From: Bryobacterales bacterium
GTDB lineage: Bacteria; Acidobacteriota; Terriglobia; Bryobacterales; UBA6623
Length of the DNA: 64,000 bases
Direction of reading: 5' to 3'
NCBI GenBank assembly: GCA_963422375.2
Contig: OY729428.2
Location: 3,520,001-3,584,000 of the forward strand
Positions 10,154-18,776 of the stretch are shown here, in pieces. Both the position numbers and the translations under genes were made by a program. The notes beneath the pieces were generated by a model that saw nothing but the letters and a program-made list of their open reading frames with translations, did no database searches and was not told where the DNA came from. The first letter of the stretch is position 1. Each line of letters starts with the position of its first letter.

Positions 10154-11026
10154 CTATTCGTCCTGGGTGATCATCTCGATGGTGCTCTCCTCGGCGAGCC
10201 GCTTGCGCGTGTCGAGCGCCTGCTGCACCCAGCCGTCGGCCTCGGAGATCATGTCGTTGTACTCGGCGTTGGTTTCGGCGAAGTCGGCGCGCTCGCGGTA
10301 CAGCAGGTTCACGTAGGCCATCGCGGCGTCGTAGTCGGGGTCGATCTCGAGCGCCTTCTCGAGCGCCTGCAGGCCCTGGTCGATCAGGGGCACGATCTCC
10401 CCGGAAAGGGAGGCCAGATCCTCGCGCTGCTCGCGATTCAGGCGCGCCCTGGTGCGGATCGGCCCCGGATCCTCCTGCCTCATGCCGAGCTCGGCCCGCA
10501 GCTCGAGGCGCGGCTCGTAGGACTGCGTCCAGCAGATGACGCCGATGGTGTAGTGCGAGTCCTTGTTGCCCGGCTGGGACTGCAGGACCTTGTTGTGCCA
10601 CTCCTTGGCATCCTCCATGCGCTTCATCTGGAAGTACAGGGAGGCGATGCTCTGCAGCGCCGTCGAATTCTCGGGATCGTCCTTCAGGACGTCCTTGAAG
10701 CCCTCCAGCGCCCTGTTGGCGATGTCGATGTTCTCCTGGTACTCGGCGCCAGGCTGGTACTGCATCATCGTGGAGTACGCCAAGTACACCCGGGCGGCCT
10801 TGAGCTCGTTGTCGAGGCTGGACGCCTGCCCGAACAGCTCGCCGGCCCGCACGAAGTCGCCCGCCGAGAACGCCTGCACCCCCTTGTTGAGCTGCATGCG
10901 CGCGCGCAGGGAGTCGATGTTCTTGACTCCCATCGCGTTCAGGCCGATCTTGCCGCCGATCACGATGAGCAGCACCGCGCCCAGGACGATGCCGCCGACC
11001 TTGTACACTCTCTTGTCGATCTTCAT
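10154..11026 (-). CDS. TPR-repeat membrane-anchored protein
   Basis: N-terminal TM helix; TPR-like helices ('ALEKALEIDPDYDAAMAY'). Confidence 0.8.
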   Translation of the reverse strand: MKIDKRVYKVGGIVLGAVLLIVIGGKIGLNAMGVKNIDSLRARMQLNKGVQAFSAGDFVRAGELFGQASSLDNELKAARVYLAYSTMMQYQPGAEYQENIDIANRALEGFKDVLKDDPENSTALQSIASLYFQMKRMEDAKEWHNKVLQSQPGNKDSHYTIGVICWTQSYEPRLELRAELGMRQEDPGPIRTRARLNREQREDLASLSGEIVPLIDQGLQALEKALEIDPDYDAAMAYVNLLYRERADFAETNAEYNDMISEADGWVQQALDTRKRLAEESTIEMITQDE

Positions 11027-11078
11027 GATTCGCTCCGTTGTCCCGCGCTATGGCGCACGCTCGGAATCCGCGTGTCGC

Positions 11079-11495
11079 TCACTCGATCTGCTCGGTAAGA
11101 AGACCGATCTTGTCGACGCCCGCGCCCTTGCCGATGTCGATGATCTTCGCGATGTCCTGGTAGTCTAGCACGGGGGCCCCGCGCACGAACATGACCCGCT
11201 CGGCGCGCGTCTTGAAGATGTCGCGCAGGTTGGCCTCGAGCGTGTCGAGGCTGGAGGGGTCGCGGTTGATCATTATGCTGCGGTCCGCGTTGATCGAGAC
11301 GACGACCGTGCGCGCGTTCGGCTGCGCCTGGCTCTCGTCCTCATTGGGCTGGGGAACGAGCGCCTCCAGCCCCTTCGGCGTGATCGGCGTGATGACCATG
11401 AAGATGATCAGCAGCACCAAGAGCACGTCGATCAGCGGCGTCATGTTGATGTACGGAACGGTCTTGCCTTCGCCGCCGCCCACTGACATTGCCAT
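11079..11495 (-). CDS. exbD: Biopolymer transporter ExbD/TolR
   Basis: 'INMTPLIDVLLVLLIIFM' motif. Confidence 0.93.
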   Translation of the reverse strand: MAMSVGGGEGKTVPYINMTPLIDVLLVLLIIFMVITPITPKGLEALVPQPNEDESQAQPNARTVVVSINADRSIMINRDPSSLDTLEANLRDIFKTRAERVMFVRGAPVLDYQDIAKIIDIGKGAGVDKIGLLTEQIE

Positions 11496-11540
11496 GGTGA
11501 TAGTCCTCCTCGAGTCCCGAGTCGCGCCGTGCTCCGGCGG

Positions 11541-12035
11541 CTAGCCGCCGCTGAAGCCCGCGCGCTCCTCCTCTTTCTCGGTCAGCAAGCCGACCTGGTC
11601 GACGCCGGACGTGCGCACCGCGTTGACCACCTCCACGACCCGCTCGTAACGCGAGCGGGCGTCGCACTTGATGTACACCGTCTTGTCGATGCGGTTGGTG
11701 ACGACGTCGCCGACCTGCTGGGTCAGCTCGCCGACCGCCTCGAGCTTGTTCCGCCCGAGAAAGATCTGCCCGTCGCGGGTCACCGCGACCACCAGCGCGT
11801 CCTCGGCGTCCGCCTCGTCCATCGCGACCGGGTTGCGCGTGCGCACCAAGTCGACGCTGACGCCCTTGCTGAGCATCGGCGTGATGACCATGAAGATGAT
11901 CAGCAGCACGAGCATCACGTCCACCATCGGGGTCACGTTGATCTCGTTGATCGCGGCTTGGCCGCCGCGGGTGCCCTTCCGGACATCGCCGCTGTCGTAT
12001 TCGACGTCCTTGAGCCCGATTTCCTCTTTAGCCAT
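11541..12035 (-). CDS. exbD: Biopolymer transporter ExbD/TolR (second paralog)
   Basis: 'EINVTPMVDVMLVLLIIFM' motif. Confidence 0.93.
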   Translation of the reverse strand: MAKEEIGLKDVEYDSGDVRKGTRGGQAAINEINVTPMVDVMLVLLIIFMVITPMLSKGVSVDLVRTRNPVAMDEADAEDALVVAVTRDGQIFLGRNKLEAVGELTQQVGDVVTNRIDKTVYIKCDARSRYERVVEVVNAVRTSGVDQVGLLTEKEEERAGFSGG

Positions 12036-12137
12036 GTTCGTTTCCTCGCTTCCTAGCGACCGCCCGCCGGCAAGCCCTGCCGGGGGGCGGCCGCTGCACG
12101 ATCCTACAGCCGGTCAGCCCGCTGGCGCAGGCGCCGC

Positions 12138-12848
12138 TCAGCTGCTCCTCTTCAGGAAGTAGTCAATGAGCTCGGAGCCCGCGTTGTCCATCTCCACGTC
12201 GAAGCCTTCGACCTTGGAGTTGAAGTAGTTGAACATCCACACGGCGGGAAGCGCCACGAAGAGCCCGATGGCCGTGGCGACGAGCGCCTCGGAGATGCCG
12301 CCGGCGACGGCGCCGAGACCGGTGGAGCGTTCCTGGGAGATGCCCTGGAAGGCGTTGATGATGCCAACCACCGTGCCGAACAGGCCGACGAACGGCGCGG
12401 TCGACCCGATCGTCGCCAGCCCGCTGAGGCCGCGGTTCAGCTCGGCGTGCGTGATCGCCTGGGCCCGCTCGAGGGCCCGCTTGGAGGCCTCGATGGTCCG
12501 GCCCGGGACGTCGCTGCCGACGCCGTGCGACTTGAACTCCGCCAGGCCGGCGGTAACGACCTTGGCGAGGTGGCTCTTCTTGTAGCGGTCGGAGAGCTTG
12601 ATGGCGTCGTCCAGCTTGCCCTCCCGGAGCGCGCCAGCGATCGCCGGGGCGAAGAGGCGGGACTGCTTCCTGGCCGCGTAGTAAGCCAGTCCGCGGTCGA
12701 TCATGACGCCGATCGACCAAGCCGACATCAGGAACATGACGATGACGACGGCCTTGGCCGCGAACCCCATCTGGTTCCACATCGACATCATGTCGAATCC
12801 GACTTCCTGCTGCAGCAGGAACGCGGTGGTTGCGAATTGCGAAAGCAT
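12138..12848 (-). CDS. exbB: MotA/TolQ/ExbB proton-channel protein
   Basis: 'LATIGSTAPFVGLFGTV' and 'GISEALVATAIGL'. Confidence 0.93.
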   Translation of the reverse strand: MLSQFATTAFLLQQEVGFDMMSMWNQMGFAAKAVVIVMFLMSAWSIGVMIDRGLAYYAARKQSRLFAPAIAGALREGKLDDAIKLSDRYKKSHLAKVVTAGLAEFKSHGVGSDVPGRTIEASKRALERAQAITHAELNRGLSGLATIGSTAPFVGLFGTVVGIINAFQGISQERSTGLGAVAGGISEALVATAIGLFVALPAVWMFNYFNSKVEGFDVEMDNAGSELIDYFLKRSS

Positions 12849-12976
12849 CTGCTTGTTTTCCTCCTAAAGAAACAACGAGTTGCGTTGACCAACTGTTCGT
12901 GCCGGGTTTGCCGGGCGCCGACGGAGCGGCGACCTGGGCGCCCGACTCCCGCGAGGGGAGAGCGCGGACGCGGGCC

Positions 12977-13729
12977 TCACCCGCTGAGGGTGAAGTTCAC
13001 GTCGATATTCGTGAGGACCTCGACGGCCTCGCCGTTGAGCAGGGTCGGCCTGTAGCGCCACTGCTTCACGGCCGCCAGGGCCGCGGGGACGAGAAGCGGG
13101 TGGCCGGACATGACCTCGAGCTTCTGGATCGAGCCGTCCTTGGAAATGATCGCCGACAGCTTGACCGTGCCCTGGATGCGGGCCTGGCGGGCGAGTGGCG
13201 GGTACTGCGGTCGCACCTGGCGCGTCAGGCGCGCCTTGGCGACGTTGCCACCGACGCGAATGCGCTTGGGCGGCGCCTTTTTCTTCACCGGCGGCGGGGG
13301 GGGGGGCGGCGGGGCCGCCGTGGGCGCGCTCGATATGATGCTGCCCAGCACGCCGCCGACCGTACCGCCGACGCTGCCGCCGGGCACGCCGCCGACGACC
13401 CCGGCGATGCCGGCGCTAGGGGCGGCCATATCCTCTTCGATGATCGCGACCTGGTCGGGGATGGCGACCGGCTGGGTCAGCGCCCCGGTGTCGAACTCGC
13501 GCGGAACCGGCTTGACCTTCACCACGGCCGCGGGAGGCGGCGGGGGCGGGGGCGGGGGCGGGGGCGCCGTCAGGAAGCTGACGAACTCCGCGGCGGGCAG
13601 TTCGTAGTAGTTGAGCAGCGGGATCAGGAGCATGACCCCAACGAGCATCAGCTGGGCGACCGTGGACAGCACCACCGACCACCGCGAGGTGTTCTTGACC
13701 CTGTTCTCCATCAACGAGTCTTCAAACAT
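12977..13729 (-). CDS. tonB: Energy transducer TonB
   Basis: TM anchor, poly-Pro linker, C-terminal 'PQYPPLARQARIQGTV...AVKQWRY'. Confidence 0.93.
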   Translation of the reverse strand: MFEDSLMENRVKNTSRWSVVLSTVAQLMLVGVMLLIPLLNYYELPAAEFVSFLTAPPPPPPPPPPPAAVVKVKPVPREFDTGALTQPVAIPDQVAIIEEDMAAPSAGIAGVVGGVPGGSVGGTVGGVLGSIISSAPTAAPPPPPPPPVKKKAPPKRIRVGGNVAKARLTRQVRPQYPPLARQARIQGTVKLSAIISKDGSIQKLEVMSGHPLLVPAALAAVKQWRYRPTLLNGEAVEVLTNIDVNFTLSG

Positions 13730-13762
13730 GATTGCTAGCCCCTCCTAGGCACCGTGCCGGTT

Positions 13763-14944
13763 TCAAGCACGCCTCTCTCTCCGGCCGCCCGCCGACCTCG
13801 CTGCCATGCGTTCCTGGCCCCACAGCAGCACCGGGCTGGCGACAAAGATGGAGGAATAGGTTCCGACCAGCACGCCCACCACCAAGGCGAACGAGAAGCC
13901 TCGCAGAACCTCTCCACCGAAAACAAACAAGCATACGACCGCGATCAGAGTCAACCCGGAAGTCAGCACGGTGCGGCTGAGCGTCTGGTTGATGCTGAGG
14001 TTGAGCAACTCCGCCAGGCCGGAGCGCCTTGTGACCTTGCGGTTCTCCCGCACGCGGTCGAAAATCACGATCGTGTCGTTCATCGAGTAGCCCACAAGTG
14101 TCAGCAAGGCCGCGACGACTGTCAACTCAATCTCGCGCCCGACGAGCGAGAAGAAGCCCAGCGTGATGAAAACGTCATGGAAGACCGCGACCACGGCGGC
14201 AACGCCGTAGATCCACTCGAATCGAAACGCGATATATACTAGCATTCCCGCGAGCGCGAAGAGGGTGGCCTTGATGGCCTGCCACTGCAGCTCGGAGCCG
14301 ATCTTGGGGCCGACGACCTCGACCCCGCTGATATGGAAGGCGCCGGCCTCGACCTCGGCCACCGCGGCCGCGGCGACGCTGGCGTCGATTCCCGGCACTT
14401 CGGCGAGGCTGCCCGCGTCGCGGACGAGGCCGGAACGCGGCCCTTGGTCGCGCCAGGCGACGATCGCCGTCGCGGCTGCCCGCAGGTCCTGGCTGCTGTG
14501 CCCCGCGTCGCGCAGCGAGCGGTTCGCCATGAGCCGCTGGGCCAGGTCGTCGGGCACGGCGTTGTTCAGATCCAGCTTGCCGTCGGCGATCGGGTAGATC
14601 TCGCGCAGCGTGTCGAGCACCTGCGCCTTGCCGGATGTCTCGACGAAGTCGCCGGCCAGGTCCAGCTCGATCTTGAGCTCGTGGCTGTCGGCCGAGTCCT
14701 CGAAGGGCTGCAAGGTGGCCACGCTGAGGCCCTTGGACGTGAGAACCTGCCGCATCCGCTCGAGGTCGGGCGGATCCTGGAACTTGACGTACACCAAGGT
14801 GCCACCCTTGAAGTCGATGCCGAACCGCAGGCCGCCCCTGAGGGCCGCGCTGACCACTCCCGCGAGCAGCAGGACGGCCGACAGGGCGACAAACGCATGC
14901 CGACGCCCGATGAAATCGATTTTGGTCTGGCCGATCAGTTGCAT
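13763..14944 (-). CDS. secF: Protein translocase subunit SecF
   Basis: 'FGIDFKGGT', 'GYSMNDTIVIFDRVREN', 'QTLSRT'. Confidence 0.96.
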   Translation of the reverse strand: MQLIGQTKIDFIGRRHAFVALSAVLLLAGVVSAALRGGLRFGIDFKGGTLVYVKFQDPPDLERMRQVLTSKGLSVATLQPFEDSADSHELKIELDLAGDFVETSGKAQVLDTLREIYPIADGKLDLNNAVPDDLAQRLMANRSLRDAGHSSQDLRAAATAIVAWRDQGPRSGLVRDAGSLAEVPGIDASVAAAAVAEVEAGAFHISGVEVVGPKIGSELQWQAIKATLFALAGMLVYIAFRFEWIYGVAAVVAVFHDVFITLGFFSLVGREIELTVVAALLTLVGYSMNDTIVIFDRVRENRKVTRRSGLAELLNLSINQTLSRTVLTSGLTLIAVVCLFVFGGEVLRGFSFALVVGVLVGTYSSIFVASPVLLWGQERMAARSAGGRRERRA

Positions 14945-15012
14945 TGCCGTTGTGACGCGATCCGACCCGGTCCTCTAGACACCGGCCGGGGGCCCGGTGT
15001 TCCCCGGAATCC

Positions 15013-16629
15013 TCAGACGCTGAGCTCCCTGACCTGCTTGCGCCGCCACGTGCCGAGATCGAAGATGAGGCGCGACACGAAGACCGAGGTGAAGAGGTTG
15101 GCGAGCAGGCCGATCGCGAGCGTGACGGCGAAGCCGCGCACCGCCCCGCGCCCGAAGAGGAACAGGAACGCCGCCGCGATGATCGTCGTCAGGTTCGTGT
15201 CGATGATCGTGAGGAAGGCCTTGCCGAAGCCGGCGTTGAGCGCGGCCACCGCGGCCTTGCCCGCGCGCAGCTCCTCGCGGATGCGCTCGAAGATCAGCAC
15301 GTTGGCGTCCACCGCCATGCCGATCGTGAGGATGATGCCGGCGATGCCGGGCAGCGTCAGGGTGAACCCGAACGCACTCAGCACGGCGAGCAGGATCAGA
15401 AGGTTGAAGAACAGGGCCACGTTGGCGTTCACGCCCGCCAAGCGGTAATAGACCAGCATCAGCACGACGATCAGCGCCACGCCGTAGATGGCGCTGCGGA
15501 CGCCCTGGCGGATCGAGTCGGCCCCGAGCGAGGCACCGACCGTGCGCTCCTCCAAGTAGACGACCGAGGCGGGCAGGGCCCCGGCGCGCAGTACCAAGGC
15601 GAGGTCGAGGGCCTCGGTCTGCGAGTCGATGTTGTTGATCACGCCCTCGGACTCGATGCGCGACTCGATCGATGCCACGCTCTGGATGCGCCGGTCCAGC
15701 ACCACCGAGAGGCTCCGCCCGACGTTGGCGCCGGTGTAGATGCCGAAGCGCTGGCCGGCCTGGCGCGAGAGGGTGAAGGAGACCTGCCACGCGCCCGGGT
15801 TCTGGGTGTCGCGGCCCGCGGTGGCCGCTCGCAGGTCGCGCCCGGTGACGACGGGATTCCGCTGGAGGAGGTACCACTCGTTGCGCCCCCGCTCGGCGTA
15901 GTGGGCCAGCTCGCTGTTGGCGGGCAGGATGCCGTTGTTTTGCGTGCGCGCCTGCTCCGGCGAGGTGAACGGGCCGCCCAGGACTGCCTTGATCTCCAGC
16001 TGCGCCGACATCTGCAGGAGGTTCATGACGCGGGCGGGGTCGCTCACGCCGGGGAGCTGGACGAGAATCTCGTGTTCGGCCTCGGCGCGCCCGTGTTGCT
16101 GGATGACCGGCTCGGTAAGGCCCAGGCCGTTGATGCGGTTCTCGATGGTGGACATCGACTGCTGCAGCGTCTCGGCCTTGAGGCGCAGCAGCTCGCTGGG
16201 CCGCAGGCTCAGCGCGAAGGAGCTGCCGCCGGTCGAGGAGGGCAGCCAGCTGGGCGCCTCCTCCTCGAGGATCGCGCGCACGTCTCCGACCCGGTCGGTC
16301 GGCGTGCCCTCCAGGAGGATCTGGATTGAATCGGCCTCCTCGATGGAGGCGGGATCCGTCCGCCGCAAATCCGTGTAGGCGATGCCCGCGCCGGCCAGGC
16401 GCGCCTTGACGCGGTCGATCGTCTGGTCGGCCTCGGACTTGAGCGAGTCCTGGACCTGGACCTGCAGGATGAGGTGCGTGCCGCCCTTGAGGTCGAGGCC
16501 CAGCGCGATGTTGTCGGCTAGGTTCCGGGTGACGGCCTCCCACGAAGGCGAGAGGCCGAAGACGCGCCAGAAGCACAGCGCGAACACGACCAGCACCAAG
16601 GCGATCTTGAGTCCGAAGCGGCTTTTCAT
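15013..16629 (-). CDS. secD: Protein translocase subunit SecD
   Basis: 'LGLDLKGG' and 'GMAVDANVLIFERIREE'. Confidence 0.96.
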   Translation of the reverse strand: MKSRFGLKIALVLVVFALCFWRVFGLSPSWEAVTRNLADNIALGLDLKGGTHLILQVQVQDSLKSEADQTIDRVKARLAGAGIAYTDLRRTDPASIEEADSIQILLEGTPTDRVGDVRAILEEEAPSWLPSSTGGSSFALSLRPSELLRLKAETLQQSMSTIENRINGLGLTEPVIQQHGRAEAEHEILVQLPGVSDPARVMNLLQMSAQLEIKAVLGGPFTSPEQARTQNNGILPANSELAHYAERGRNEWYLLQRNPVVTGRDLRAATAGRDTQNPGAWQVSFTLSRQAGQRFGIYTGANVGRSLSVVLDRRIQSVASIESRIESEGVINNIDSQTEALDLALVLRAGALPASVVYLEERTVGASLGADSIRQGVRSAIYGVALIVVLMLVYYRLAGVNANVALFFNLLILLAVLSAFGFTLTLPGIAGIILTIGMAVDANVLIFERIREELRAGKAAVAALNAGFGKAFLTIIDTNLTTIIAAAFLFLFGRGAVRGFAVTLAIGLLANLFTSVFVSRLIFDLGTWRRKQVRELSV

Positions 16630-16652
16630 GCGAGCGACCCGTTCCGTCGGCG

Positions 16653-16937
16653 CTACTTGCCGGCCTTCTCCGCCATGCCGACCACGGCGCTGCGCGCGAA
16701 TTGCAGCTTGACGCCGTCCGGCGCGATGCGCAGCGTGACGCTGCCCTCGGCCAGGCCGACCACGGTGCCGGTCAGGCCCCCGTTGGTGACCACCCGGTCG
16801 CCGGAGGAGAGATCAGCGAGCATCTGCTCCAGCTTCTTCTGACGCTTGCGGGCGGGCAGGATCACCAGCATGACGAAGATGCCGATCATCAGCAAGATCG
16901 GCATGAAGGCCTGCCAGCTCGACTGCTGCAGGAGCAT
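16653..16937 (-). CDS. yajC: Preprotein translocase subunit YajC
   Basis: TM helix followed by 'GDRVVTNGGLTG'; lies between tgt and secD; start approximate. Confidence 0.9.
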   Translation of the reverse strand: MLLQQSSWQAFMPILLMIGIFVMLVILPARKRQKKLEQMLADLSSGDRVVTNGGLTGTVVGLAEGSVTLRIAPDGVKLQFARSAVVGMAEKAGK

Positions 16938-17089
16938 GGCCGTGACGGCCAGCCCGGGGTGGACTTGGTCCAAGGTAGGCAAATGCACGGAAATCAGAGT
17001 GGAGGAAGCAAGGGCCGCGCCGCTCGCCGGGCCATTCGACACTATAGCGAAGCCCGGGGCGCCAAGCCAGCAGCTGCGCGACTCGACAC

Positions 17090-18220
17090 TCAACGACTCG
17101 CGGCATGCTCGGCGGCGGCCTGCTTGAGATAGCTTGGGAAACCCCCAGTGACTATAGCATCTCGAATGCGGCGCATCCTGTCAAGGTAGTGCCGGAGGTT
17201 GTGCAGCGTCGCGAGGGTCCCGAACAGCATCTCCCGGGCCAGGAACAAGTGGCGGAGGTAGGAGCGGGAGAAGTTGCGGCACGCGTAGCACGCGCAGCTC
17301 TCGTCGATCGGCGCGTCGGACCGAGCGTGGGCCGAGTTCTTGATCATGAGCTTGCCCGAGGACGTGAAGAGGGATCCGTTGCGCGCGTTCCGGGTGGGCA
17401 GGACGCAGTCCATCATGTCGATGCCCAGGGCGACGTACCGCCCGATCTCGTGCGGCATACCCACGCCCATGGCGTAGCGGGGCCTGTCCCGCGGGAGGCT
17501 CTCGCCGCAGACGGCCGCCATCTCGTAGCTGAGCGCGCGCGGCTCGCCGACCGAGAGCCCGCCGACCGCATAGCCGGGCGCGTCCAAATCCGTCAACTGC
17601 AGGGCGCACTGGCGGCGCAGCCCCGGGTACATCGAGCCCTGGACGACGGGAAACAGCATCGCCCCGGAGTCCGGCGCGCCGGCGCGCCAGTGCCGGAAGG
17701 ATCGCTCGGCCCATCGCAGCGTGAGCGCCATCGAGTCCCCGGCCGCGCTCTCGGCGGCGGGGTAGGCGGTGCAGTCGTCGAGCACCATCATCACGTCGCT
17801 GCCCAGGGCCAGCTGGATGTCGAGGGCCCGCTCGGGCGTGAGGAAGCGACGCGAGCCGTCCAGATGGGAGCGGAACTCCACGCCTTCCTCGCTGATACGC
17901 CGCAGGGCCGCGAGGCTGAAGACCTGGTAGCCGCCGGAGTCGGTCAGCAGGGCACGGTTCCAGTGCATGAAGCGGTGCAGGCCGCCGACGTCGCGGACGG
18001 TGTCCTCGCCCGGCCGCATCCAGAGGTGGTAGGTGTTCGCGAGCAGCATACGAGCGTCCAGCTCCTCGACCAGCTGCTTGGGCGTGAGGCTCTTGACCGT
18101 CGCCTGAGTGCCGACGGGCATGAAGACCGGCGTCTCGACGGGACCGTGCGCCGTGTGCAGGATCCCGGCCCGCGCCTGCGTGCTCGGGCATTCGGCCACG
18201 ATTTCGAAACGCGGTGTCAG
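17090..18220 (-). CDS. tgt: tRNA-guanine transglycosylase
   Basis: 'TPVFMPVGT', 'TDSGGYQVFS', 'DCVLPTRNARNG', Zn motif CxCxxC...H; start is GTG 18199 or possibly CTG 18220. Confidence 0.96.
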   Translation of the reverse strand: MTPRFEIVAECPSTQARAGILHTAHGPVETPVFMPVGTQATVKSLTPKQLVEELDARMLLANTYHLWMRPGEDTVRDVGGLHRFMHWNRALLTDSGGYQVFSLAALRRISEEGVEFRSHLDGSRRFLTPERALDIQLALGSDVMMVLDDCTAYPAAESAAGDSMALTLRWAERSFRHWRAGAPDSGAMLFPVVQGSMYPGLRRQCALQLTDLDAPGYAVGGLSVGEPRALSYEMAAVCGESLPRDRPRYAMGVGMPHEIGRYVALGIDMMDCVLPTRNARNGSLFTSSGKLMIKNSAHARSDAPIDESCACYACRNFSRSYLRHLFLAREMLFGTLATLHNLRHYLDRMRRIRDAIVTGGFPSYLKQAAAEHAASR

Positions 18221-18776
18221 GGCCGATCCACCCTCATCAAGTGTGGCGCAGCCGGCGGCCCAGGCCCGCCTTGGCTAGCTGCGGCGCGCGAGACACTGCG
18301 GGCGGGAAGGCGGCGCGACGCGGGCCGCGCACGAGAAGAAGCGAGCTTGCGAGGAGATCTCGACTTGAATGCCGCGGGGCAATGTCCGCAATCCCCGCGA
18401 AGCACCGGCCCTACCGCTCCTCCAGCAGGCACAGGGGCGGATGGATAGGGTTCCTGGCATGCTGCCTCTGCCAGCGCATGTGATCGCAGATCGCGTGGGC
18501 CTCAGAACCGAGTCAAATCTGGATTCCCGATGCGAGGATCTACGCTGTTGCGCCTGCCGGAACCGGCCGGACATATAGGGAGGACAAACGGAACCGGTAG
18601 GGCTAGCGGCTCCGTCAATGAAATCGTAGTCCGTGCCGACAAGGGGCCGACGCGACTAACGCGGATCACCGCACCGCGTTGCGGCGGGAACGTCTCGCGC
18701 ATGTCGGCGCGGCCTCTGCTCGTGCCAGCGCGCTCCAGCACCGAGGGCAGCCGCGGGCCGGTCAGTCAGGAACTGT

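Noticed and set aside
18241..18270. GTGTGGCGCAGCCGG resembling a tRNA-Pro 5' end
   Set aside because: No D-loop continuation, anticodon arm or TTCG T-loop follows
18280..18770. Possible ncRNA (6S-like or riboswitch) upstream of tgt
   Set aside because: Only generic hairpins; no recognisable family motif
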